Of a DNA stretch of 64,000 nt, positions 50,326-63,200 are shown piece after piece (positions within the stretch are counted from its first letter, which is position 1; every line of letters starts with the position of its first letter). Source of the stretch: Zootoca vivipara (Eukaryota); contig NC_083283.1 of the NCBI RefSeq assembly GCF_963506605.1, positions 39,060,001 to 39,124,000 of the forward strand, in the 5' to 3' direction. The translations under genes and the position numbers were made by a program. The notes beneath the pieces are model-generated. The model saw nothing but the letters and a program-made list of their open reading frames with translations, searched no databases and was not told where the DNA came from.

Positions 50326-52785
50326 TAATTTTTTTTAATAGATATTTATTGATTTTCACAGTAGAAAAGGGATTTACAGAGGTTTAGAAAGGATGGGGAA
50401 GATACAAAAAAGCAAAAATACAAAAGTCAGGAAAAACAGAAAAAACCAGAAAATAAAAAAGAAAAAATAGAAAACTATATAACTTATCTTTATCACAGTG
50501 TATATTGGGACCTCCTCGGGTTCCCGTCCCTGTGTTTCTCAAACACACTTCCAATTTAGCAAATTCTACCTCTAAATATTCACTTTTAATACTAAGTTCT
50601 TATTTTCTATTCTAAAATAACCTCTTTTACCTAATCCACAGATTTATTTACCACTTAATTTCTATTCTTAAAATATTACTTTAGCGTATTTTTTTAAATA
50701 CAATTTAAAATCTTTCCACTCTTCTTCAATTGCTTGTTCTCCCTGGTTGCGGATTCGTCCGGTCATCTCTGCCAATTCCATAAATTCCATCATCTTCATC
50801 TGCCATTCATCAATCGTTGGTAACGTTTGCTGCTTCCAGTATTTAGCGATCAACAGTCTCGCAGCTGCAGTGGCATACATGAAAAAGGATACCTTTCTCT
50901 TGGGAATCTCCTTCCCTACAATGCCCACTAGGAATGCCTCTGGTCTCTTCACCAATGTGCCTTTTAGCACTTTCTTAAGTTCATTATAAATCTTATTCCA
51001 GAAGTCATTCACCAGTGGACATGTCCACCACATGTGGTAAAATGAACCTATTTCTTTCTTACATTTCCAACATTTATTGTCATTGTTGTGGTAAATCTTT
51101 GCTAGCTTTTCTGGTGTAAGGTACCATCTGTACATCATTTTCATTATATTCTCCTTTAATAAACTACACGCAGTAAATCTAATATTTTCCTTCCACAACT
51201 TTTCCCAATCCTCTATCATAATATTATGTCCCACATCCTTTGCCCACAAAATCATAGCATTTTTAGTTTGTTCATCTTTTGTATGCCATTCTAGCAGCAA
51301 TTTATACATTCTCGAAAGTATTTTCGTCTTAGGTTCTAACAATTCTGTTTCCACCTTTGACCTCTCAATTTGAAAGCCAATTACTCTGTCCATTTTAAAC
51401 GCTTCATTTATCTGATGGTATTGGAGCCAATCATCCAATTTACCTTTCAACTCCTCATATGTTTTTAATTTAAATTGGTCTCCATCTTGAATCAACAAAT
51501 CTCTATATTTCAACCAACCGGTCTCCATATTTAATCTTTTGCGAACCTTGGCCTCCAAAGGCGAAAGCCAATTTGGCGTTTTTCTTTCTAATAAATCTTT
51601 ATATCTGGACCAAACCTTGAACAATGAATTTCTAACAATGTGCCTTTTAAAACTTCCATGGGCCTTAACCTTATTGTACCACACATATGCATGCCAACCA
51701 TGAACATTATCATAACCTTCTAAGTCCAAAATATCAGCGTTTTCCAATGTAAACCACTCTTTCAACCAGCAAAAGGCAGCTGCTTCATAGTAAATTTTAA
51801 AATCAGGTAGAGAGAAGCCTCCTCTTTGTTTATCATCAGTCAATATCTTATATTTGATTCTTGGCTTCTTCCCTTGCCATATAAATTTTGATAGCACCTT
51901 TTGCCATTCTTTAAAACAACTCAGCTTTTCAATTATTGGTAATGATTGAAATAAAAACAACATCTTTGGCAATACATTCATCTTAATCGTTGCTATACGG
52001 CCCAATAAAGACAATTTCAGGTTGGTCCACGTTTCTAAATCCTTCTTAACTTCATTCCATAATTTCACATAATTATCTTTAAACAAATTTAAATTTTTTG
52101 CAGTCATATACACTCCAAGGTATTTCACTTTTTTAACAAAAGATAAACCAGTTGTTTCTTGCAATTTCTCTCTCTCTTCCTTATTCAAATTTTTATCTAG
52201 TACTTTAGTTTTGGATTTATTCAATTTGAAACCTGCTACCCTTCCAAACTCTTGAATAACTTCCAGAGCCCTCTGTACACTGGACTCTGGATCTTGTAAA
52301 GTTAACACCAAATCATCCGCAAAGGCTTTAAGTTTATATTGTCTCTTCCCTACAGTTACACCTTTTATTTCATCATCTTTTCTAATCCTGTCAAGCAGGA
52401 CTTCCAGGACCGATATAAAAAGCAAAGGAGAGAGAGGGCACCCTTGTCTTGTACCTTTCTCAATTCTAATCTCATCTGACACCATATTATTCACGATTAT
52501 CTTAGCTTTTTGCTCTGAATAGATTGCTTTTACTCCATTCAGAAAACCATTGCCCATTCCCATTTTTTCTAAATTTCTTTTTAGAAATAGCCAAGAAATA
52601 TTGTCAAACGCCTTTTCCGCATCTATAAACATAAGAATGGCTTTTTTGTTTATCTTCTGCTCCAGCATTTCCAAAATGTCAACTATATTCCTAATATTAT
52701 CTTTCAAATGCCTCCCCGGAAGGAAGCCAGCTTGATCTTGATGTATAAAGTCTTTCAAAACCTTTTTCAATCTGGAGGCTATTTC
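50326..52785 (-). mobile_element. Young 5'-truncated L1 element
   Basis: ORF2, ~330-bp 3' UTR, AATAAA (plus-strand tttatt 50345-50350) and poly(A) remnant; possible short TSD tagtatt (50319-50325 / 52790-52796). Confidence 0.92.
50668..52770 (-). CDS. L1-clade LINE ORF2, C-terminal 700 aa (RT plus C-terminal Cys-rich region), 5'-truncated
   Basis: RT motifs DQAGF, DAEKAFD, GTRQGCPLSP, FADD, YLG; CWKC...HMWWTC; no internal stops; the start is a truncation point, not a true ATG. Confidence 0.95.
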   Translation of the reverse strand: MKKVLKDFIHQDQAGFLPGRHLKDNIRNIVDILEMLEQKINKKAILMFIDAEKAFDNISWLFLKRNLEKMGMGNGFLNGVKAIYSEQKAKIIVNNMVSDEIRIEKGTRQGCPLSPLLFISVLEVLLDRIRKDDEIKGVTVGKRQYKLKAFADDLVLTLQDPESSVQRALEVIQEFGRVAGFKLNKSKTKVLDKNLNKEEREKLQETTGLSFVKKVKYLGVYMTAKNLNLFKDNYVKLWNEVKKDLETWTNLKLSLLGRIATIKMNVLPKMLFLFQSLPIIEKLSCFKEWQKVLSKFIWQGKKPRIKYKILTDDKQRGGFSLPDFKIYYEAAAFCWLKEWFTLENADILDLEGYDNVHGWHAYVWYNKVKAHGSFKRHIVRNSLFKVWSRYKDLLERKTPNWLSPLEAKVRKRLNMETGWLKYRDLLIQDGDQFKLKTYEELKGKLDDWLQYHQINEAFKMDRVIGFQIERSKVETELLEPKTKILSRMYKLLLEWHTKDEQTKNAMILWAKDVGHNIMIEDWEKLWKENIRFTACSLLKENIMKMMYRWYLTPEKLAKIYHNNDNKCWKCKKEIGSFYHMWWTCPLVNDFWNKIYNELKKVLKGTLVKRPEAFLVGIVGKEIPKRKVSFFMYATAAARLLIAKYWKQQTLPTIDEWQMKMMEFMELAEMTGRIRNQGEQAIEEEWKDFKLYLKKYAKVIF

Positions 52786-53069
52786 AATATAGTATTGCTC
52801 TGGTCTATCTTGGCAGCTGTATAATAGTCCCTTAAGAATGCCCCCACACTCCGTTCTGCTAAAAAACGTGTTTTAGAGCATTTTAAAAAGACTTTTAAGT
52901 ATAAAATTATTTGATCAATTCTTAACTGATATGGGCATGAAAGGTTAAAATTAATATATCATCCAATATACGCTCGAAAGCTAAAATGACCATGAAATCC
53001 TATGCTTACTAGATCTCACTGAGTTTGATAAAATCTTATTTCCTGATAACTGTGTCCAGGACTGTAGCC

Positions 53070-53205
53070 CAGGCATAGGCAACCTTTGTGCTCCAGATGT
53101 TTTGGATCTACAACTCCCATGATCCCTGACCACTGGCCCTGTTAGCTAGGGATCATGGGAGTTGTAGTTCCAAAACATCTGGAGAGCCAAGGTTGCCTAT
53201 GCCTG
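53070..53205. mobile_element. 136-bp hAT MITE (related subfamily)
   Basis: TIR caggcataggcaacc...ggttgcctatgcctg; perfect TSD ctgtagcc. Confidence 0.92.
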
Positions 53206-56200
53206 CTGTAGCCTAAGAGTGCTAAAATAAAACTGTTATACAAATGACTGCTGGTTTGGCCAAAACCACCAATAAAAGACCAGGTAGAAACAGCACATGT
53301 TATCAACAGTCTATTCCTCAAAATATTTAACAACAGGCCTATTGAGATTTGAAGCTGTTGATCTCCATTAGCTACATCACTGCAATTATTCCAATAAACA
53401 ACTGTCGAAGGTGCCTTCAGGCCCAAATTCAGTTCTTTGTAAGCTATGAATTATTCCTCTGTGGTCTATAATGGCAAGGCATTGTTCAGGCTTCCAGCAA
53501 CAATAATTCATGCTAACTAGGGTTCAGCATACCCTCTTGTGACTTTAGCAGCTTCTGTTGTACCTCTAAACAAATCTCACCTAAGCCACACATAACTCAG
53601 AAAACCAAGCTTGATGTTTTGTTGGCTTTCATTGATGGAATTCACCTATAATTTAATTTGCCATCAATATGAGAACCACAGAGGAGTGAAGGAAGGGAAA
53701 GTTTGAGCTGCTTAAAGAGATCAGCAGTTTTTGCTTCATAGTTAGTACCATCTCTTGTGTACTATAATGCAGGGGTAGGATACATGGAGATTTAGCATGG
53801 TTTTATGTGAGTCCCGTTCATTTTAATGGAATCTTTTCAGGAGAATTTTAGGTAAGGTGTGCTCAGTGTTTGTTAGGGACTAGGTCAAAGGCATTCTTTC
53901 TAACTAGGTTAAAACTTTGGGCCTCTAAACACTTTCATTGTGAGAAATATTTACGGAGCAAGGAGGAAAGCATTTAGTTTCAAATATGAAACGTAAGTCC
54001 TGGATTGCAAGCATTGCCTGGTAAACTTAGATGTTGCTGACAGCAAAACAAATGATTGAAGTGTCCCTCTAATATAGAAGTTCTCAAATGTTTTTCTCTG
54101 GGCCACATTTTCAGGGGGGGGGGGAATTGCTCATGCTATGCTGAAGTTGTGCTATATGATATTAATCAAGCACTGCTACTGGTAGTTGTTTTCCCCCAAT
54201 GTATTTCTTATCAATAAAAACAAAAAGAAACAACAACTAGCAGTGCTTGATTTATAACATATAGTACAACCTTTATAATAAGATAATGGGACACCCAGAA
54301 AATATAAAACAATGCAGCTACATAAGAACATGAATTATTCCCAAAATATAATTATAAACAAGCCTCTTACACATGTACCTTAAGCATGTATGCAAACTTA
54401 ATGAGAGATGAGAGCTTGCCTTTTGCCAGGTAACCTCATTCACAATATATTAGATCTGATTTGAGACAAACAAGCTCTCATCACTCATCAACACAAAGTC
54501 TTTCTCTTTTCTGATCTTTCATAGTTGTCAGATTTGAAAATCCCTGTTCACAACAATATGTTGTGGAGAACTGTAGAAGAATAACCAATGCTCTTGAAGA
54601 GAGGTGCAGATGCTGTTTCTAGTTGTAGATCTGTTTATCTATTGATACTCTACTATGCTGAAATGTTTAAATGTTTCTTTGGCTGTCCTTGTCCCACCAC
54701 ACTTGCCATCTTCTCCTGCTGGACCAATGTGGTGTGCCACACCCTTTGAGAACCACTGCTCTAACAGAATGCAAAAGACTACTTGCATATGGGTTCCCAC
54801 TGTGCAGTATCCATTGTTGATTTATGCAGTAAGTGGAGTAGAACAGTAAATTAGGGTTTGGCTAGGATAAACTGCCACTTTTAGTTCTTTGTGCTACAGT
54901 GCTTGAAGGAGCACCGGACAGGCTTACTTTCTGTTGCAATGATCATGAAATATATCCATAACTACACCATATTGAGCCAGTAAGGAACTTTTGTGACATT
55001 TTGAAATTTGGTGGAGTTAATGTGAAAAATCCTGTCTCCACATTTAGTGAATTATATATCTGGCAGTACAATAGAGTATTTTAAGGCAGTGAATTTCACA
55101 TGACTAATTTAGCCAACATGATTTTTGAATTCTGTAATGGGTCTTCTTTCAAACATTGACAACTGTGCTATTGATGACCAGGGGTGCTTCCAGAAAACCT
55201 CTGTTGAGAATTCATCCTGATTTATTTGTCTAAACTCCCCTCAAACTTAGTGCAAATTCCACTGTTCATTGAGCATTAACTTTGATTTGTTTATGGGGGA
55301 AATCTTACAATGTTGCATCAAGCATTTTTAAATCACATACCTTTTCATTTTCCTATCACTTTCCTTGCTGCAAAGGGTTCTCTCTTTTGTTGGAAGCTTT
55401 TTTTAAATGCTAGAGCACCAAATCCTCTTCAGTTTGGAAATCTGAATTTGCAACTATGCACTTGAAACCCTCCTGCAAAATAGTGATAGTCTTAAAGTGT
55501 CCCTTGTTGAAGTAGGGGAGTCAGGGATGGCCCAAGACATTTTGGCCCATGAGGAGACCTCAAAATGGCACTTCCTTCCTCACCAGGGAAAAAGGGGTGA
55601 GGGAAGCTCTATATCAGGAACAAGAGGAGGAAAAAGATTGACATCGGGATCTGTTGTACCAATGAATCCTTCTCACATTAACTGGTGGGCCAGTCCTGAC
55701 CAGTGACTTGCGTTGATGGTGGAGGGGCCTTAGGGAGGTGGTGCATAGATTTTTCTTCACTACCCTCCATAAGCAGAGAGAAGCACCACCACTGGTGTAT
55801 GTAGGGGTGTCCATTGCAGTTGGAACCCCTAGCTTCACCTAGGTGGGTTGTAAGCTGCTATTGATGGTTCTATTGCCAGCAGTAGAGCATAAAGTGTTTT
55901 TGGACAGTGTGCCAGGGACTTTGGATCTGCTGGATCCTACCTGGGAATAAGCCTCACAGAACTCAGACGTGAGGACTCAAGCATATTGATTGTAATGCAT
56001 AGCTGAATGCCACCTTTTACAGTTCCCTCTCACCGCCGCCTCATCACACAATCCCCTGATTTATAGTGGACCTGAGATGGCTGAAATGCAAAGGGAAACA
56101 GGGAAGACAATATGTGCTCAATCTGAATTCACTGCTCATCTGTATTTGTTGGACTTGGAGGCTTCTGCCATGAATACACAGTCCTTGTATGGATGTGCTT

Positions 56201-57645
56201 GAAGGTGACTGGGCATTGGAAGCTTATTCATCCTGTAAATCATTCTTCTTCAGCAATGTGTTTTGCATTACAACTTCAATCAGTCTCGGTGAAAGAGTTG
56301 TAGTGAAAACATCTGGAGGGCATCAGGTTGGGAAAGGTTGCTGTAAATGAAAGCAACCAGGAGAAGTAGGAGCCTTTGCTGACGGAGATGATTAGTGCAT
56401 GTTAGATTCAAGTGCACTCCTGCTCAGAAAACATACCAAGGGATGCATATTCCCAGAAACGATTATCCAGTTCTAGGATTCACCTTCTGTCCCATTAAAA
56501 GCTAAGAAGTAGAAGCAAATCCATTAAATATGACTATCATTGTTGGCTATTTATATCCAATTTTTTTTTGATGTTCTTTAAAATCTATTGACTCCATAGT
56601 CTGTTGATTAGTCAGTTTTATTAGCATGTAAAATACCATGGAAACTCTCTACTCCCTAAGCTTGCCAGGATTTATTTTAAAATAGTAATGTATTATTATG
56701 TAGCTGCAATCTCCCTTAAACATAACATGCTTTAAACATTTTATAAATTGGAAACTAATTAGGGGGAAATGTTATAGCCATTACTCTCACTAGGAAAAAA
56801 AATGGAAACTAATTTAAATAACGCGAGAAAACTCACTTACCCGTAGAAAAATTGGCTCTTTCATTTCTAACAGTACACATATAATTGTCATTAGGTTGTA
56901 GTTTGCTACTCTGGTGCTACATTTTAACAGGCGGTGGGTCATATTCATCCTTTGAAATGAAATTAATAGATCAAGTATGATATGATGTAAAAAAAAAAAA
57001 TCCATACTATAAGAATAAAACTCACCATGCCACATAATTCTGATTTGTTTAGATGGAATGCAGGAGACAGATACCATTAAAATTAAAAGGTTTTAGCAGT
57101 ATGACTTCAAGTACCCTTTATACAGTGAATTCTTCCAACCGACTTTAACTCATTTCAACACAGCATTAGGTATATTTAGGATGAAACAAACACGACCACT
57201 GTGGTGTTCAAAATACAATGGCAGAAATGGTCAATGTTATTTTGAAATAAGTATCTGACTCATTGATCCTATCATACTACCAGGGTCATAGAAACAGTAA
57301 GTATATACCCTATATCTAGCTTAATCATATAGTAATGAGAAATACATGTCTAAACTTTCCGTAAAGCACTTTGACTCAGAAAATATTATTATCTCATGGC
57401 ATGTCTCCTCAAACAGTATGGATGCATTTCCCCTAATGTTTAAACTTAAACCAAACTTCCTCTAGTTTGTTTATGCCCCTACATTCAGTAGACGGCATAA
57501 GCAATAATCCCTTGTTTTCCTTCAAGCATCATTTTAATAGTTAAAAAGAGTCAACATGAAGAACAGACTAATAAACTGACTTGCGTTTTTCAGTTCCTTT
57601 GGTGTGCTCAAATTGTCCTAAGAATGCTTCACTAAGTGTTCAGAC

Positions 57646-57781
57646 CAGGCATCCCCAAACTGCGGCCCTCCAGATGTTTTGGCCTACAACTCCCATGATC
57701 CCTAGCTAACAGGACCAGTGGTCAGGGATGATGGGAATTGTAGTCCAAAACATCTGGAGGGCCGAAGTTTGGGGATGCCTG
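57646..57781. mobile_element. 136-bp hAT MITE
   Basis: TIR caggcatccccaaac...gtttggggatgcctg; perfect TSD gttcagac; left-truncated sister copy at 45493-45614. Confidence 0.92.
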
Positions 57782-59357
57782 GTTCAGACTATACTCCTTA
57801 GCTTCTGACACAGAAACAGCCCAGATGGGCCTACTGTGTTATTTTTCTGCTTGCTGTGTGAAAATAATCTTAAACTCCTATATGTGTCTCCCACTGTTTT
57901 TCTGTTTAATATTTCCTATGGGCACAACTTTTTTTCAGCACCTCTCAGATGGGCACCATTGCAATTCTAAGAGAACAGGAGAGGTTGTCGTGGTGAGTTC
58001 TGGCACCTCTTTTTCTAGAAAAATAGCACAGCTTATAGGACAGTTTACTAAACTGTTAGATAATTATAAATGCTATTACACTGCCCACTATTTGGGTAGC
58101 TTTGATAGGAGAGGAGGTGCAGCCCATGAGATTATAAGCAGTATCAGTCTTGCCTTGGATAGAAGGGGTGAGGTTGTCATGTGTCCTGGAAACCATAAAA
58201 GTCTTTGCAGGATAAGACTCTGGAGATACTGCTACATTTATCTTCAGAAATGTGGAGAAGCAGAAGAGGAAATCACACTTCCTTAGTTCCTCTGCGGTTT
58301 ACCGATATTAGTCTGACAATCCCTTATCTTTTGACCCTACCTTATTCACCACTCTGTTGGTGAATAAACATTAATAGAGGAGGGGAGGACAAAGATAAAC
58401 ACTGGATTTTGGCTTATATAATATTTGTTCTGGAGAATATCCGAACAAACAGTAGGAGGGATTGGCATAAATACATTGACTACTTTTAACAAGTTCCAGA
58501 GACTGCATTTATAGTTAGTAGTTTCCAGGATCAATAGCTTCTGGCATTCAAATCAATACAACTTAACAATAAACTGCGGTACTGAACATCACACAGTGTA
58601 ATTTGGCTCTCCCATCTGATGACAGAAACCATTATAGCAGATGAAAGAACACTTTTAACAGAAGGACCCTGGAACTAGCAGTGATTAGCAAATTTCACAT
58701 TAAACTAAGACTAAACTGTTGGGAGTTTTCATTTTTTAAAAACCACATTCAAATTTATTTGTGTTCTCAGCTTGTCAGCAAAAGAATGCTCTCAAAAACA
58801 TTGTGTGGTGATAACTTATGGCAGATGTACCCATGTAATTACAGAAGAAAAGAATACAGTGGCGGGGGAAAGACTGACTTCAATAAACCCTTCTGGAAGT
58901 CAGCATTCCCAATCGAGTCAGAACTGAATTTCGTATGGTGATATGAGGAGCTATAATAATTCAAAGCATTTGGATTTTATTGTATAACTGTTCAATATAG
59001 GAGAAAGACGACTTTAAAATGTCAGTGGTTAATTCATGTGCTGATGTTCTGAGCTAGCCTGGAGAGGCAGGAATATTGCCACTTTAACTAAATATGCAAT
59101 GGGGGAGGGGAGTACTGTTCTTACTTTGGAAAATGGTGTTCTAAAGTTGAGGCCGTATCCATGGCCCTTGTTGCATCAGCACAAGGATTTTTGCTTGCAC
59201 AACAAGAATTTTCCCTCTCTACTCCCTCATCGCTTTCCCCAAACCTCCCAGATCTGCAGGAACAAATTTAGGCAACACATGGCTGGGCTGGGCGGGGAAG
59301 GTCATTGGCTGATGGGATGGTTACTTTGTGCTACGTGTACTAGCCTTAAAATTGGTT

Positions 59358-59445
59358 TTGTTGTTGTTGTTGTTGTTTAGTCGTTTAGTCGTGTCCGACT
59401 CTTCGTGACCCCATGGACCATAGCACGCCAGGCACTCCTGTCTTG
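59358..59445 (-). mobile_element. Short young BovB 3' end
   Basis: Identical to the 2.9-kb copy over its length; TSD taaaattggtt (59347-59357 / 59446-59456). Confidence 0.92.
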
Positions 59446-60177
59446 TAAAATTGGTTACTTCTTCCAGAACAGAAGATATATTTTCCTGGAATGATATATG
59501 TCTAGGAAAGGCCTATAAGTCTTTGGGTGAATGGCAGGTTTATATAAGGCACTCAGGCCCAAGGCTTAAGTGACTCAGTAGATTACGGGTCCAAGGCTGG
59601 CTTTAGTGGGTTGCAATGTCACTGAAACTTTAAAATTCCACAACATATTTGGCACACTCCTACACACCTGTATTCTGAACCAGGTGCCTAAAGTTTATTT
59701 CCAGTTCTGTCTGTAATCTATTTCAAATAAACATTTCTGCCTAGTTACAACTCCTCTCTTCCATGCCTTCCCTCATAAACATTTACTCAGCTGACTGTTG
59801 GCTATGGCTGTTATAACATTAGCAGGATAGGAATAAGGTCTCTCAGTCCATCTCTTCCTCCAGGTGCTGGCTAGAGTGGTGCGGAGGAAGACATTTGACC
59901 TCTAGGCTTGAGAGCCCCCACCCATGCACTACAACTATCATAACAGCAGTTCTTGGTAGCCTCCCTCAGGAACAATTTTCTCAGACTGAGACGCCACCTG
60001 CACTATACATTTAAAGCACTCTTATACCACTTTACGAAGTCATGGCTTCTCCCAAAGAATCCTGGGAACTGCAGTTTGTTAGGGGTGTTCAGAGTTGTTG
60101 GGAGTCCCCTGGTCCCCTCACAGAACTACAATTCCCATAGTGGTTTAACAGCCCATCCTTCTAATATTTGGTTTAAT

Positions 60178-60231
60178 TGGTCCATGGGGTCATGAAGAGT
60201 CGGACATGACTAAACGACTAAACAACAACAA
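60178..60231 (+). mobile_element. BovB 3' tip
   Basis: tggtccatggggtcatgaagagtcggacatgactaaacgactaaacaacaacaa. Confidence 0.85.
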
Positions 60232-63200
60232 TAATTAAGAATAGGTCATGCAAGGCCTGGAACTCTTGGTATGATATATCCAGTGTCAGGACGTCTGCAT
60301 TCTAGATGTATTTCAAGAAAGGAAGCAATCTTTACTTGTTCTCTGGAGTTGTTAGGACAAAGCTGATTGCTCAATGGAACATATGAGGAATCACCTGCTG
60401 TTTCCAAATTAAGTCAGTGACATGGCTCTCTGCCATCTTTCCCTAAGTCCCAGCAATGACAGTTAATGGGTTGAAGCAAACCTCCATTAACTCAGTAGTA
60501 AAGAACTCAGAGTACAAATATAATTTGACTTCAGGAAAATGATCCATTCTGGATCTTAATCCCCAAAGTCTGAGACTCTCTTATCCTTACTAAGGCAAAG
60601 CTTCAGCCACATTCTGGTCCAGCACTGGCTGGGTAAATAGGAACATTCCAGGATCAAATCAGAAGCCGGGATGGATTTGTAATTCCCTGGAAGATCAGGA
60701 CACTTGGAGGGTTTGGATCCTAAGTTAGTGGGTGAAAGGAGGAATTGAGACATGTAGCCCTCCATGCATAGATGGACTACAACTTCTCAGGGCTGCCAAC
60801 TTGAATAAAATACTGTGGAGGCCCAGGTAAGCCCCACCCCGCATAATCAATCATATGACACAGTGCACACACACCATTTGAATGGGAATGCCCATAAACT
60901 GACTGAGGCAGGTGGCAGTTGGAGCATCGAGGGCCACTGGTTTCCCATGTTTGAGTTAAAGGAGCATTATTTATAGCCCTAAAGCTTGTGATTTGTCTGT
61001 AAATAAGTGCTGTACATAATAGATGAATATTAGATTCAGGATGGAGCTTTCTTTCAGTCAGGAGTAGAAATTTGTCACTTCTGAAATGCTGTTTTTAGGG
61101 CGTAGAAGAATAGGAATTGACATAATGGGTATCATAATAATCTGACTTTTAAGACAACACCATATATTAGTTACTCATTCATTGATTCATGAATGGCACA
61201 TACGCTGGAGAGGAGACATTTCAACAAACAGTGAATCATATCCTTTTATTCCCCCAACTTTTTGCCTTCAGATATAATTAGATATTCTTTTTGACTTTTC
61301 AGAATAGTATAGTTCTGTATCTGCTTATTATTCACCTCCCTTTCTTGGATGCATAGATTTCTGTTTAGTTTCTATTTGCTTCTTCATATTTATAGGCAAT
61401 AAATATTTCATCAATCGGGGAGATATACTGTATCTGTTCTACTGTTGCATTTGAAGCCTGGAGCAGCTGAGAAAACATGGCAAATCAATCCTATTTTCAG
61501 CTTCCATTTGCAAATTTTGATGGTGGGGGGGGCATTGTAGGTGGCATTGGTGGTGGCAGTATGCCAGTTCCTGCTACCTTTGTCCCCAAGACCTGGCATG
61601 AACTGAAAGGTGGGAGTGAGATGAAAGAGCACCCCTCTATCTCACCTGCTATGCTGGCCACGCCTGTGAGATGGTGAGCAGAACATATTCTCCTCCCCTT
61701 CTCTTTGCTTGGTTCATGTAATTGTCTTAGGTGAAAGTTTAGATGTGCAGATAAATCTTTCCCAGCTTCCCCTCCTGCAGATGCTACTTTGATAAGCATG
61801 TTTAGTAGCAGCAGCTACAGGGCAGGAGGTGTGTGTGTGTGGTGCTGGGTATTGTGCCTAATATTTGGGTGTTGTCTTACCTTGAACTCCACTAGAACAA
61901 ACTGTGACTGCACAGCATATGTCTATGAATCATTGGGATGCATTCTGGACTGTACTTCCTATTTACATAGGAAATATCTAGGCTATTACTAGCTTAGTGA
62001 ATAATAGGATTTAAGGCTGCAATTTGGTGTGCACTTGTGAATCCCCACTGGCACCAGGTCTGCCTTTTGCAACTTGGCCCATTTCTGCCTTCCAGAAGAG
62101 CAGCAAGGGAGACTCAAGAGAAGGAATGATATTCAGGATGAAGAGTGGCTAGACCTTTTCCTGCTCCCTCACACTTCTGATAGGTTCTAACAGTGCCTGT
62201 CCATCACTTTGATGCGTTGTTGACCAAAAAATGAGCCAAAAAGCATGACTAAAGTACCAGCTTTTGATCCTAGGAATGTAAAATAAAATATGGTGCCCGG
62301 ATGTGGGTTGGCTCGAGGGATTTTTCTGCTAAAGGCAAAGGATAGCAAAATAATCTACCATCCCCAACCCATGTCCATTATGTCTATCACTATTTACCAA
62401 GAAATATATCCGTCCATGCACAGTCTAGAACTGCCTTCTGCCAGCAGCACACAGCAAATCAACTGTTGTGATGCAGTATACCCTCCTTAACCGATAGCTG
62501 GAATAAATCCAATGAATTTCTGGAGATTGCAGGTTGAAGCTTGCAAGGTTATAAGGCATACAACCCCATACTGTAATTCAATGCCTGTGTGCTAAGATAG
62601 ATCCACAGTACATTCATGTTTTTCAAAAGACTATTGCAAATAGCAGTCAGCGGCAACTGTGTATTGACAAAAGACATGAGTAAATACCAGAACTGATTCT
62701 ATCTGGAGTTTCAAGTATTGCAGCACAAGCTTGCAGTGTAGCATCTAAAACAGGGTTCTATGCTGGGCAGAGCTGGTAGGTCAACAAATTCCTAAAACCT
62801 CCCTCTGTCTTTACCAATATTATGCTGTTGCTAAAAGACTCTCTTACAGTCCCTGAAGCTGATCTTCTTACCATCTGGCTCAAACATGGCTGAGGAGTAT
62901 TTTGGGATGAGAGAGAACCCTGACCTCATCCTGAATATTCTCTTTGCATCATTGATCCTCTGTTACATAGAGCTTGTCCACCTGATATGCTGACCCTTTT
63001 GAACCAGGCTGGAGTCTTCTGTCTACTTACTTATTCTGACTATTAAAATTTGAAACAAAGGGCTACTTCACATAGTTTCTACTCCACATGTTGATGAAAA
63101 CTATTTCATGTGGGGAATGCATTGGTGGATTCTCCCCTAGGAAATATGGTTCTGGGCACTGCTGTTAACTCAACTGCTCCCAAATTCCTCTTCCCAAACA

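Noticed and set aside
61477-61677. Gly-rich ORF with flanking splice-like signals
   Set aside because: Low-complexity G-rich sequence ending in a TIR-like ctggccacgcctgtg, with no recognisable homology. More likely a decayed DNA transposon.
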